Source: Bilabrum cf. latius | Taxonomy: Eukaryota | Direction of reading: 5' to 3' | NCBI GenBank assembly: GCA_965178125.1 | Contig: OZ237773.1 | Coordinates: 372,001-436,000, forward strand | Length of the DNA: 64,000 bases | Part shown: positions 1 to 12,600 of the stretch, piece after piece | How positions within the stretch are numbered: the stretch's first letter is position 1 | Layout: each line of letters begins with the position of its first letter | Made by a program: the position numbers and the translations under genes | The notes under the pieces: model-generated | Databases searched by the model: none | What the model saw: only the letters and a program-made list of their open reading frames with translations | Told to the model about the DNA's origin: nothing

Positions 1-321
1 GGGGGCCCTGTGGCCGCTGGCGTGGACGTGCTTGTGCTGGGCGTGGTGCTGGAGCAGGCCCCCGGTGCACCCGAGGAGAACCAGCCCGAGGTCGCAGCTG
101 GTCGCCAGGGCACTCGGGTGCTGCTCTTCAACGTGCTGCCGTCCCCCTCTCCCGTGCCCGTGCCGTCCGCTTCCCCAAGTCCCTCGTCAGCGGCTGGGGG
201 CTCCGGGGAAGATGACGACAGCGGTGCACAGACTGGTGCGCTGGCGGTTGGCGCGGCCATGGCATGTGCCGTGGGGGCTGTAGCTGCCCTGATGGCTGGT
301 GCACAGGCGGGTAGGGACTAA
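1..321 (+). CDS. 3' end of a partial gene; Pro/Ser-rich stalk plus hydrophobic C-terminus (possible surface or GPI-anchored protein)
   Basis: Frame 1 is open from the window edge to TAA at 319-321, followed by T-rich 3'UTR-like sequence. It encodes a PSPSPVPVPSASPSPSS stalk and an ALAVGAAMACAVGAVAALM tail. Confidence 0.55.
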   Translation, partial: GGPVAAGVDVLVLGVVLEQAPGAPEENQPEVAAGRQGTRVLLFNVLPSPSPVPVPSASPSPSSAAGGSGEDDDSGAQTGALAVGAAMACAVGAVAALMAGAQAGRD

Positions 322-634
322 GGATGCTAGGATTGGATTGAAGCTGGCTCGCTGGGGATGGAAGCTTGCAGTACCTTGAGCCGTTTTTTTGGTTTTCGGG
401 GTGTGGCTTTGTTCTCTATTGTAGTGATGTGTTCGACGTTTTGCCAGGCGTGTTGGGTGGTTTGATTGGCTGTGGGTGCGCAGGCTTGTGCTGTGCCCGT
501 TGCAGAGCAGTGCTCGAGCTCGAGCAGATTAGATCTATCCTATGGATTCATGTCACCCCGACTTGAAAAAAATGCAGTCAACCTATCGAGTGTGAAATTT
601 ACCGGATGATTGACTCCGTTGTGCAGTGCACATT

Positions 635-3058
635 TCAAGTAGAGCTCGACCCCGTGCGCCACCCTCCCAAGGCAGCCTGCAATGCGACCACCCTGCAGAC
701 ATCATGGTAGAGGCACATCCCACCCGTGGCATCATACACCACGCAGCACCCGCCGAGGGGAGGCGCTGCGAATCCTCCATGAACCTCTTGGTCTCCAGCC
801 ACCTCCTCACCCTTACCTCCATCTCCAGAAGCTTCACCAGCAGCGGCTGCTCCCGATGCAACTTTACCCTCAACACTAGTAACCCGAAGGTCATCACCAT
901 CGTCACTATCATCACCGTCGACCCCATCTCCCATCCACCCGATCGGTACCGCCCCCTGCAACCCCCTTGGAGCCACGAGTCCGTTGCACCCCTGCTGCCC
1001 GTGGTCAATGCGGAGCAGAGGCACACCGCAGTGCAATGCACCATCCGGGTCCGTGTCACGATACGCACCGAGCACTCCTCGCTGGCCAGCAACCCCCGCC
1101 GCCTGTTCGCCTTTAACTTTAACGCCAACAGGTGAGGCATCTTCGTGTTCTCCACTTTGGGCTGACGCATCGGCACCTCCACCTTGCTCGGTTCCATCCT
1201 TTGCAACAGCACCTCCACCTTGCTCGCTTCCATCCTTTGCACCGGCACCTGGCTCATCTCCCACCTGAACCTCCTCGCCACCTTCAAGCATTTCTTCTTC
1301 TACCGCCGCCTCGACTTCCCCCCTCACCACCAGCTTGCCGTCAATCCCGAGCGTGCACTGCGCCCGCACCACCTCCAACGGACTCTCCCGGCCGAGCGAT
1401 GCAAGGGCTTCCAGCGCCGAAACACCGCCGCCTGTGAGCTTAACTGCGTCGCTGCCTGGTTCGCCGCCTGTACCCTCCTCCGCCTCCTAGTCCTACAACG
1501 CAAGCTCCCCGGCACGTTCGCCCGCACCCACTGCACGCGCAGCAATCGCCCCAAAATCCACTGGGCCCAGGTACACCGCCCCGCAGCATGCTCCTGGGTG
1601 CCCCCCCGCGAGGCGACGGAGGGGCTCAACGGATACTTCCGGGCAGTAGGCCCCCACCTCCTCCTCTGCCCCCTCGCTTGTGCCCCCGCTGCCCCCTGCG
1701 CCCAGGGACACTGACAGTTCCGCGGCGGTGCCATCGCCGGCAGCCACGAGCACCGTGCACGCCTCCCTGCACTCGTCATCCTCCGCACCCCCTACGAGTG
1801 CCACCGAATGCGGAAGCGGCGGATTCAGCACGCTCGTGCCTGCGCACAGCTCCTCGGCGTGTCCAGTGGCTCGGCCGATGTCTGCACCCCCCAGCTTGCG
1901 AAGAGAACCCCCCGCCGCAGCAACTCGGAGCGGGTACTCGTGCGACGAGTGTTCCGCACCACCGTGCAGTGCAGCTCCCTTCAGACCCCAGCACTCGATC
2001 CTTCCGTCCATCGAGGCGCACACGCAGGCAGGGTGCAGCATTGGAGCACTCGTCATACCGATGTCGCCACCAGAGGCAGGACGGGTCTCTTCTCCCGTGC
2101 ACGCGCCAGAGGCACCAGGGGAGCCCCCGGCTATCCACATGGCCCGCACCCCGCTCACTATGTTTTCGTGTGCTTCGCGGCGACTGGCCACGACTCGGAG
2201 CCACAATCCACCGGTGGGAGCAACGCTACTGCCTTGAGTAGCAGGCGCATCCTGTGCACCGCCGTGCAGTGCAGTCCTACCTATCTCCAACAGAGCCAGC
2301 GAGCCATCGTCCGCTCCAGACCACACCAGCGCCGTGTCCATTAGCGGGAATCGATCCCGGGTAGTGCCCGGTATGGCGACCACGGGAGGCACCTAGCTCA
2401 AAGCGGAGACCTCATCAGAATGAGGAGTGACCGTCTCGGCCGATGCAGAGTCGCTGGCACCTTCTTTTGCGACCAGCTGTGCTGCGGGACACCGCTGCAT
2501 CAGCCGGGGGGCCGGAGTTGCTGCTCCACTGGCGGCACCGTGCTCGCCTTCTTGCAGGGGTACTAGCTCCCACTCTGTGCTGCCACCCGTACCACCATTG
2601 CCCTTGCAATGCACCTTCCATCCTGTTTCAAACAACCGGATGGTGCGACCTTGCCCGACAAGCACGAGGATCTCGAGAGCACATGGCGAGCCGTCTTCGC
2701 CACGGCTTGGGAGCAGCACCAGCTAGACAGCAGCGGGCGCACTGCCAGTCTCTGAATCGCGTGAAGCCGACCCTGCGCTGCTGGTTTCTTTCCTTGCGGG
2801 AGCTTGCCGAACTAGGCAGCAAGACACAACTTTTGCGGTAAGGCTAGCGTCTGGCGTACGGGGCGCGCGTGCGATGTGCCAAACACGCACTGTACCGTCT
2901 TCGGAGGAAGATGCAAGCAGGATCGACGTGCGGGAAACTGCTACGCAATCAGCACTATCGATCGTGGCGCGGTGCCCGGCGATTTCCAACATTCCAACTG
3001 ATGTCCCCTGCATGTGTTTTGCTGGGCACTTTGAACTCGGACAGCCCGAAAAAGTCAA
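635..3058 (-). CDS. WD40-repeat protein (TAG read-through; 5' end unresolved)
   Basis: ORFs 2723-3058, 2393-2719, 1493-2392 and 635-1378 share one frame, are separated only by TAG and end at TGA 635. WD-like motifs: GH...LLASSSEDGTVRVW, VWSGADDGSLALL, CASMDGRIECW. An in-frame TGA just upstream of 3058 suggests an upstream exon or a start at MQGTS (~3013). Confidence 0.65.
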
Positions 3059-3633
3059 GACGAAGCTTTCAAGCCCACTACCCAGGTATCACTGCCTCCA
3101 TATACAAGTACAACATGGAATATGGGGCTATGGATGAACGCAACCCCAGAATATAAAATAAAGCAGGAACACCAGCACGAGGTTGCAACCGGTCCCGCCA
3201 GCCAGGACATGGGCCGGAAGGCTCTTTGCCCCGGGAGAGATCCAGCTGCATACATTCCTGTAGGCGACTGTAACCTTGCAAGCAGTCTTGGTATACTATA
3301 TACTTACTTAGTGCCTGAAGCATAGTGAGCAGCTGAGTACGTGTGCGACTACAGTACCAGTGTAAGCTTATCGAGAATGCATTGGTTCTGTGGTTGATTC
3401 CGGGAAACCTACGATTATTCTTAGCCCAAACACTAGCATACTACATTCCAATGGACTTGAATTGTGTGATACAGCGAAGCCGGACTGTTATCGCATCTCG
3501 TTGTACAGCCATCCCGAATGTTGCAGGATCCTCTTGTGCATATTTGCTCTTTCCACATTACGCACAAAGCAGACACTACGAGTTGGCCTGTCGTGGCGTT
3601 AGACATCAACATTTGTGCGAACACTCAGGCGGA

Positions 3634-6600
3634 ATGAGTAGCGCTAGCGATGGTGAAATCGCGGGTGAAGTTAGGTTGGCACCTGGATCATTGGCAGGCA
3701 GCGAAGCTGGGCTCGCAGACCCTGGTGTGAGCAGCCCCAGCCCCTCGGATGGCGAAGGTGGGCAATTAGCATCGAGTAGCAGTGGAAATGATGGTCTGCA
3801 GGAAAGTGCGGGCGATTTGCCCTCTGCCTCCGCCAGCCAAGCAGCCGAGGGCGCATCGGGCGAGGGTGGAAGGGAGCAGATAAGCGAATTCGGAGAATCC
3901 AGCTAGCACATCAGCGCAGAATAGCCAAGTTTAGTCGCAGAGGTCATGTCAGCCGGAAAAAGAGAGAGCAAATAGGCAGGTGCTGGCCCCGATGACCCTC
4001 CCAGTGCCCAAGGAGGTGAAGATAAGGCTGACATTGTCAAGACAGACCAGAAGAAGGAGGTGGAGGAGACTGGTGACGAGGGCAATAGTGAAGATGAAGA
4101 TGAGAACGATAATCCAGGTACACGGGAGCAGGGCGGGGACAGGAATCCCAAGCATGGGGAGGGAGGAGGTAGGGCAGAGGTGGAGAAGGACGAGGACGAG
4201 GACGAGGAGAAGGGTGTTGCCACTCGTCACACCGAAATAAGCAATGACGGACCCAAGGCCCGCCCTGTTCCAAGCCAACGAGCGGTAAGCGCCCAGCTGG
4301 AGCTGGGGGCGTCCCAGTTCCCGGCACTGGTTGCAGCCCAGGGGCAGGGCCTGGGTCTTGGAATGCAAGAGGACGGCGGGGGCAAGCTGGAGCCCCTGGG
4401 GATGGTGCGAGCGTGCCTGGAGAAAGCGCATGCCGCCACGGTGGACTTGCTGCAGGCAGAGGGCCACCCGGTCCTGGCCCACAAATGGCTGGAGCGGGCT
4501 TGTATTGCTGCCTATGCCGTGCTTGCCGAAGTGCTGCAGGATGACCTGAAGGAACCTGCAGCAGCAGGGGGCATGCTTCGGGTCAGCACCGATGCACTGC
4601 CCCCCGCACTGGTGCAGCTGCTGCAGGGCCCATTCGTGACGATCGCACAGATGCTGTACATGCGGCGGTCCTCCGTGCAGGTGCAGACGCGCCTGCTACG
4701 GCTGTTTGGCGACGTGGCAGGCGTGGCTGGGGCCGGGGTACGGTATGGGGTGCCGGGGTGCTCACGTCTGCTAGCTGTGTTGGTGGGGATGCCGCTGCAT
4801 CCGGTGTACGGGAGACGCGCTCCCGATGGAAATGTGTTCTGCAATGTGAAGAAAGCAGCCGCGGACGGGGCAGGGCCCTCGGTGAGGAAGGAGGCCGCCG
4901 CGATGAGGAGGAGGCTGGGTCTGGAGCCCGTGGAAGACGAGCAGGAGGAGCGGAGACGGTGGTGGTGCGGCATGTGCGTGGACGGGATGGGCGTCGTGAG
5001 CAGGATGGTGTACGGCATGAAGACATCGGCGTGGGTGTCGGAGGGAACTGTCATGCAAAACCACGGCCACGAGAGGTATGTAGGCAGGCGGGTGGACGTG
5101 ACGGTGCGGGCCGGCAAGCGCGACGGCGGGCAGTTGCTGGACTTGGTGACCGGGCGAGTGGCTCGGTATCACGCCGCGTCCGGTGCGATCCTGGTGCTTT
5201 CCGAGGAAAGGGAGGTTGACAGGGCGGGGGATGATGTCTCCATCGTGGGGTCTGACGCTGGCTGGCGCTGGTTCGTGGTGGGGAGCGACGTGGATGTGGA
5301 GGCGGAGGACGGCAGCGTGTGGGAGGGCTGCAACGTGTCTGTGCGAGCCAACATGGAGGTGCCGTGCCAGATGACATTCTCTCGAGTTGATGCGGGCGTG
5401 CGACTAGCCGTTGAGCTGCAGTCTCCGCGCACCACCCGGTACGGTACTGTGCGCGCGGTTCGTCGCAGGGAGCAGCCTCGTGTGGGCGACGATGGTGAAC
5501 CGGAGCTTGATGACGACGGGAACGTGATCGTGCAGAAGCAATGCATGGTAGAGGTGCTGTACGATGCGCGGCCCATGGACGGTCTCAGAGAGGAGGTGGA
5601 CGTGCACTCCAGGGAACAGCTTGTCCGCTCCCAGGTGAGCTTCTTCCGGCACCTGCCTCTATTTGTTCCCGTGCTGAGTCGGCGCAGGCACCCGAGGTGC
5701 GATACAGGGAAAGAGAGCGCGCTGCAAGAGGGCGCCAACGGGACCAAGCCCAAGCAGGTCACGCGCGAAGACAAATAGTACCACAGATACGACGCCAGCG
5801 TGCCCGAGGGCGCCGATGCCGTGCCCAGCGATTGGAGCGCTTGGCAGGAGGCCAGTCTGTAGGTCGAGGGGTACAGACCCCCACCGCCCCCGCCTGCCGA
5901 TGGTGTGTTCTTGCCGTACGAGACACCAGAGAGCGACGAGGACCCTGGGACCCGCGTGGGGGACGCGCCTGACGACGAGGGAGTGATGCCAGACACGGAC
6001 TACAACCTGTTTCCCGAGCTCTTTTCCACTCTGCCGTCGGTGACCGACTTGCTGCAGATCAGGCAGCCAATGAGTGGGTACAAGCTGACGCGGTTCGACA
6101 TGATCAACAGAGCGGGAGCTATGGGCGCCTTCCACGCTGTCGCCGCGCGTCTGAAATCGTCCGCTGCAGCCACGGCCAAGCTGGCGTGCGGTGGCACGGA
6201 CGACCGTGAGGTGCCTGTGGTGGAAGGACCGCCCATCGGGCTGCGGTACGATGTGACGAGTGAGGTGGCCGCAGCATCGAGTGCGCCGGGGCCAGAACCA
6301 GTGCTTGTTCCGTCGGAGCAGCCCTTGACTCCACTGTCTCGGCTGCTAAGCAGCGAGTCAGCGGGCGCTGCCATCAACCTGCCTCTCGGCGTGCAGGAGC
6401 TGGAGCTGCTGGTGAGGCTGGTCAAGTATGCTGGGACCAACATGCAGGCCCACGCGGCCGCCTCGTTGTGTGGCACTGTGGCTGCCACCGTGCCATCCTC
6501 GGTGGCCTGGCACCCCCTTTCCATGATCAAACGGAGTGATTACGACGCTCTTACTGCTGCACTCAGGCTTTCAATGGCAGTAGGTAGTTCATATGGTAGA

Positions 6601-9600
6601 GAGCTGCCGGAGTTGCCACCCGAGGACTCGCTGGACACGACAAAGAGCGATCAAGCGAGCATGGCGGTCGAGGCATGGGCCGAGGATGGTGGGTCTGCGG
6701 GGCTGCAGGGGCTCTGGCGGTACGGACATGGCGGCAACCGCAGCAACCGGGGGAGCGCATCGGATCCGGAAGACAGTGGTGACCCGAAGGACTGGCCCGG
6801 GCCGCAGGAGAGACCAGCGGCGAGCGGAGCAGGAGCGGCCGGGGACGAGGGGAGCAGTCCAGGTGGCAGCACCCCGGACGAGCAGGGCGATGAAGCCACC
6901 CCCCTGCCCCCCGTCGTGTTTGTCCACCCCATGCGGTGCTGCTACGTGGCGTGGGTTGGATTACCGGCCGCTTTCGCCGCCGCCGGGTTCGAGCGGCTCG
7001 TCATGCACACGGAGCATGAGACTGACGAGGACATCCGTCAGGCGGCTCGGGAGGGACTGGAGGGCCCCTTGGAGGCTCTAGTGGACGCAAGGGAACGTCT
7101 CTCTGAGCTGATCAGCATCAACTGCGCCGCAGAGCGCGGGTACTTCAAGACTCGGGTGGAGGACACGCTAGGAGACGGCTATTGGCTGGAGCTTTACTGC
7201 CGGTGCCTATCAGTGAGCAAGGTGAGCTACAAGACCAAGGCCGTCCGTTGCCTGGTATCGATCGAGAACAAGCACAGGCGGACGGCGCCTCCCGCCAATG
7301 CCAGAGAGGACACGGAGAGACTGTGGGGGGCGGGGCTGGAGGGCGGGGGCGGGAGCGGGGGCAATGGTCAAGGCAGTGCGGGTGCAGGGCAGGGGCAAGA
7401 GGGGAACAGTCCCCCTGTACTTGAAGACCCGGGCGTCGACTACACCGGCGATGATGAGTACTGGTCTGGATTTCAGCTGGAGGACGGCGGCCCATTGGCC
7501 CCCAAGAGGAGGCCGCTTGTGGTGCTGCCGGGCATGGAGGCATGGAACCCCGCGGGCAGAGAGGCCTGCACCGTTAATTCCAGTGGTGTCAGCGGCGCCA
7601 GCAGCGCTGGCAGTGCAGCGGGCCCGTCCTCGGGCTCCTCTGCGATTCCCACCGAGGAGCGTCCGGATTCACCCGTGGCAGCCGGGGCAACCGCTGCCGG
7701 CATGCCGTTGGTGCCGCTGCCAGGCTGTCTCAAGGTCGACTGCAGGCAACAGATGCAGTACGCAGCCTTCCTGGTCGGGTCCAGGGTGCTGGAGAGGTGC
7801 TTTGGGGAGCCGGACAAGGACGGGAAGGGCGGCGGCGGCGACTTGCACCAGCAGCTGATTGGCCAGACCAGGGAGCTGTGGGTGTTCCTGGCCCGCGTGG
7901 GGCGGCTCCGGCCTGCACAGGTCACTCACCTGTTCTTGTGCTCTGCAGGGCAGCACCACACGGTGGCCCGTCCCCTGCTGCGGCTCCTCCTTGCCATCGT
8001 GCCCACTCTGCCTAGGAGCGCAAGGGAGGGCGTGGCTCAGCTCGTGGGTAAGATCCCATTCGACACATGGACGGACGTGACGATCCAGTTCTGCAGAGAC
8101 CTGACTTGCGTGTGCATGCAGGCAGATAGAAATGAGATGGCGAGACAGGCGGCCGAGAGAGCTGAGGCCGTTGCGGACGGGAAAGGGGCAGATAGTATCA
8201 AGGCCGCGCCGCTTGGGGTCAGGCTGTATGCGCTGCCACTCCTGTGGAGGTACCTGCACGATGGGAGCTGCCTTCGGGCGGGCTCCCATGATCGGAGCAA
8301 CGGGGGCGCCCCTCCGCTTGCGCAGGTCAGCACAGCACTGGCAGCGATCGCCGACATCGTGCAGTACACGGCCAGCGGGTGCGGGGAGCTGTGGCAGTGG
8401 CGTGGTGCAGACACGGGTGGTACTCACCAGCAGGACATGACAGGTCCCTTCAGCGAGGAGCACTAGCAGGAACAGGCCGGGAATGTGGACGCCTCGATTG
8501 GGGCAGGTGGTGGCGGGGCCGGAATCGACATCATGGAGCAGGTGCCCCTGACTGAGCAGCAGAAACAGACGAGACGGCGCACCTGCAGGGCAGCAGTCTT
8601 CCTCACTTCGGGCCTGCAGTGGCCGCACGAGGCAAGTGTGCACACGGGCATCACTAGTCCACCCATCGAAGAGCAGGAGATCGCTGCCATGTAGCAGCCC
8701 TCCAGCGGCGCGGGGACGCATGGCCCCGGTGCACTCACGATATGCCGCCCCAGCGTCGACGACGTGTTCCGATACCCCAAGCTGCCCTCGCTGCCCGTTG
8801 CCATCGACAACGATCAGGCCATCCCGGGGCTCAACGAGGACAGCCTGCCGCGGCGACTCCCCATTACCCTACAGCCTGTGAGGGGTAGCAGGGCCGAGCA
8901 GCAGCCGCCGCATTCAGAGCCTGTGCCACTGCACATGGGCGTGCTGGGTGATGTGATCCGACTGGTGCTAATGCGCCTGGCACTCTCCAATGTGTCGGAG
9001 AACAGGAGCGTGCCGCAGTCCCTGAGGCTGTTCGTGCTGCTGCTCCGCGGGGTCCAGGCCAGCGAGCCGGCGGCGGCGGGGCGAGGACTATCCGGATTCT
9101 TCCAGCGGGGCCAGTCCCCGGACCTTGGAACCAAGGGGGGCCTGGAGGGGGACCCTTCCCCGGCGCTGGTGACGGATGGCAGGTACGCAGGAACTTCCGC
9201 TGCCATCGTGCACCAGCTGTCGAGGCGTAGCTAGGAGGGCAGCGTTCTCAACGTGTTTTTCTTTGACATGCAGGCGTACGCACAAACGATGCAGTCGCTC
9301 ATTTTCATGAACGCTCAGCGGCACAGGGAGACGCTGGAGAGAGAGGCGGTGAAGCGCATCCTGGCACGGCAGAGGATTGCCTCGCCGCCTAGGGCGAGCG
9401 GAGCGGCTGGTCGGCTGTTGGGAGACGGCGGCGGCTTGGTCGAAGAAGAGGGTGGTATCGGTGCAATGAAGTCGGGCTGGAACGAGAGAAGTAACAGTGA
9501 CGAGTACAGCGGAGACGGCGGGGCCGCCGCTTCGTCGTCACACTCGGGAACCGTGGGCAGCGCTGCTGGTGGTGCCATGGGAGGGCCGGACACGGCTTCT

Positions 9601-12600
9601 TCCGTTCGGTCGCACGTCGAGGCTGCGTCAGTTGCGTCTGGCCTGGAGCTGGGCGGGGACGGCGCCGGGTATGACACGTCGCTGCCCCGCAACCCGGGCA
9701 CTGAGACGGTGATCCTGGGCGGCGAGTCGCAAGCGGCTGGGGGAGGCGCGGCTGCAGCGGCGGCGGGGGGGGCGGCAGCTGGGGCTGGTGCAAGCTCAGG
9801 TGGTGACTCCACCGGACCCGTGGTGGATACAGATGACGCCGATTTCGTGCCGATGGTGCAGCTGCCCGACAGCGTGACCCGGATGATGCGCGCCAAAGGA
9901 ATGGACCCGGAGGCCGAGTCGCAGCGGAAGATGGTCCAGCAGGAACTGGCTGACATGCACGCAAAGGGGGTGGCTGTAGGGGTGGGCAAAGGAGCAGGGG
10001 CCTTGCGCCTGCCGCCCGAGATGCTGACACCGCGAGGCAGCGCCTATTCCCACCTGGAGCAGGTTCGCTCTCGGCTGTACTTCCTCGAGCAGGTGCTCGT
10101 GTGCAGCAACCTTCGACTGCAGCTGAGTGAGATGCAGCACGGGCAGATCCTCTGGCGGTCGCTGATTGGGACTGCACTCACCCGGGAGTCGCTGCACCTC
10201 GGTCTCATGTGGATGGCTCGCATGGCCCGGCCGGCTCTGCTGGGAGCATCTGCCGGAGACTCGCTTACGTCACTGCCGGGCGACGAGCTGAGCGCGGGCA
10301 CGTACATGTCTGTCTCTCCGGCGGGTAAGCACCGCCGCTGCGTGCCCCTGAGGTTCCTGCCAAGCGACGAGCGTGCGAACGCGGAGCAGGCTCCCGCGGG
10401 GTCGGTGGGTGTCAAGAGCACATCCGCGAGGTGCTCCCCTTTGGCCACCCGACAGCTCTTCACTCCAAAGTTCACGCTGTGGATCTTCAAGCAGCTGTGC
10501 AAGTGGCTGAGGCGAGACACCGGCCCGCTCAGCACGGCCAGCTCTGCTGGCAGCGTGCAGTCAACTGACAGCGGCACTCCGCTGGGCATGAGCTCGCCCA
10601 GGTCCAGGGGAGGGGTGCGTATCGGTAGCCCGGCAGTGGGGCGCACAGGCTCCGGGCTCGGGGGCAGGGAGATCGACGGCGCGATGTTGCTTCCCTCGGA
10701 TGCCCTGGTGACCGCGGGCGAGGTGGAGGCAAGGGTATTCTTCCAGTTCTTCGTGGACTACAACGTCAATCACGCGTCTCTCGCGGTGGAGTCCATGCAG
10801 GCCACAGGGAACAAGGCTCCGGCGCAGTTCCTGCCTAGGCTACCAGCCACCCGTGACCTGGGTCACATCGCGGCGGCAGGCGAGGTAGTCGGGTTGCAGC
10901 CTGAGACCGCGGGCGGGGCTCCACCGACCACCGGCGGCGCGCTGGCCGTCCGCAGCACCGGGCGACTCAACCGATACCAGAAGCACCTGCCCGGGCTCAA
11001 GATCCTGTGGCTGTTTGCACTCTACTGCAGGAACGAAGCAGTTGCTAAGGCGGCAGGGGGGCTACTGGTGCTACTGCACACGCAGACCGGCAACGATCTG
11101 GGCCCGAGCCCCGCGCACCGCCACGCCGTGGCCGGCTCCATGCTTCAAACTGCGCTCATGCAGGTAAGACGGTCTCTGGACGGGAGGGACCGGCTTCTCA
11201 CTCGGCTGGTGCAGAGCCCCTCTGTGTCGCTGGCCCTGCAGGGTGCCTCCTCCGGTGGTGCAGATGCGGAGGGTGAAGATCAAGGGACAGAGCCGTCGCC
11301 GCGGGATGGATCGGTAAGTGGTGGTCATGCCGGTGCTTCTGGTAGCGCGCTCGTGGCATCGGGGGCTGCTGGCAGGCTCGGGCTATCCCAAGCAGCTGTG
11401 GATCGTATCCTGGCTGTCCCTGCCGTGTCCGAGGCAAGACAGCGGCTCAAAGGGTACGACAGGAGCGAGATGCCTGCGGTGCAGCGGGCACTGGAGCTGG
11501 CCGCAAGGCTATTGCACGAGGCAGAGTCTACGGGGGCGGGCAGCGGGAGCGGGGCCGCCGCTGGAGGTGCAGGAGGGTCGGTGGCCAAAGGGCAGCACGG
11601 GATCCTCCCCCCTGAAACCATCTTGGCAGCCGCTGCTATCGATGAGGCGGATGATTCCACGGCCATCGGCGCAGCGGGCGGCGGAGCTGGGAGGGGATTG
11701 CGGGCTAGAACAGTGCGGATTGACATCGAGGCGCCCACGGTGACGCATTCCATGATGACGAGCGTGAAACCCAGCACGACGGTGGCGCAGCTGTGTCATC
11801 GCGTGGCCGCTGTCACTGGCTGGCCCCCCCAGGAGGTGGGCTTCCGATTCAGGGAGAAGCTCCTGCCCCTGCCGCTTCGAGACGATCGGACCAAGGCCAT
11901 CGGGCCAGAGGCAGCCAGGCTGGTCCCCGAGACCGACGTACTGCACACGGTCAGGAGGAGTGCCCCGAGGGGGTACCCCAATCTCGAGCTCAGCATGAAG
12001 CCCGCCACATCGACGGCCGGGCTCTCTGGGGGACCTCACCAGCTGGGTCACGACCCTGACTGGCAGCAGCTCGAGACCACCACTCTGTACCAGGCCGGGC
12101 TTTGGGACCAGTCCGTGATGCAGGCACAGCTCGTGCTCGTGGCGTACCCGAGGTGCGGGCCAGAGAGGGTGCGGGAGGCGCTGCGTGAGCTTATCGGCTC
12201 GAGGCTTCCCAGGGAGCTCGAGCGGAGGATGCTGTCGGCTGGTCGCACCCATGTCGCCACCACCAGGGTGCAGGGAATGGGGGTGCAGGCACTGCCCACG
12301 GACGCGCAGCTGCTGGCCCAGCTCAGCGGAGAGATTCCAGAGACGCACGATGCCGCTTCCTTGGGCTGGTACAGGCAGACGGACTCCTGCTTCCCGCAGC
12401 TGAGGGCTTCCGTGCTGGCCCTCAGCGAACACGAGGGAACCTTCGATTTCGATGCCACCGCTAGCCTGGAGCCGTTTGAGGAGCCCGTGCCATCCACACA
12501 TGTTGCCACGGCTAGCGGTGGAAGCGGGTCATCACCTGGGCCGGTCAGTGGAGCAGGCGGGTCATCCTCGCCTGGTCACCGCGCAGCACAGCAGGCGCGA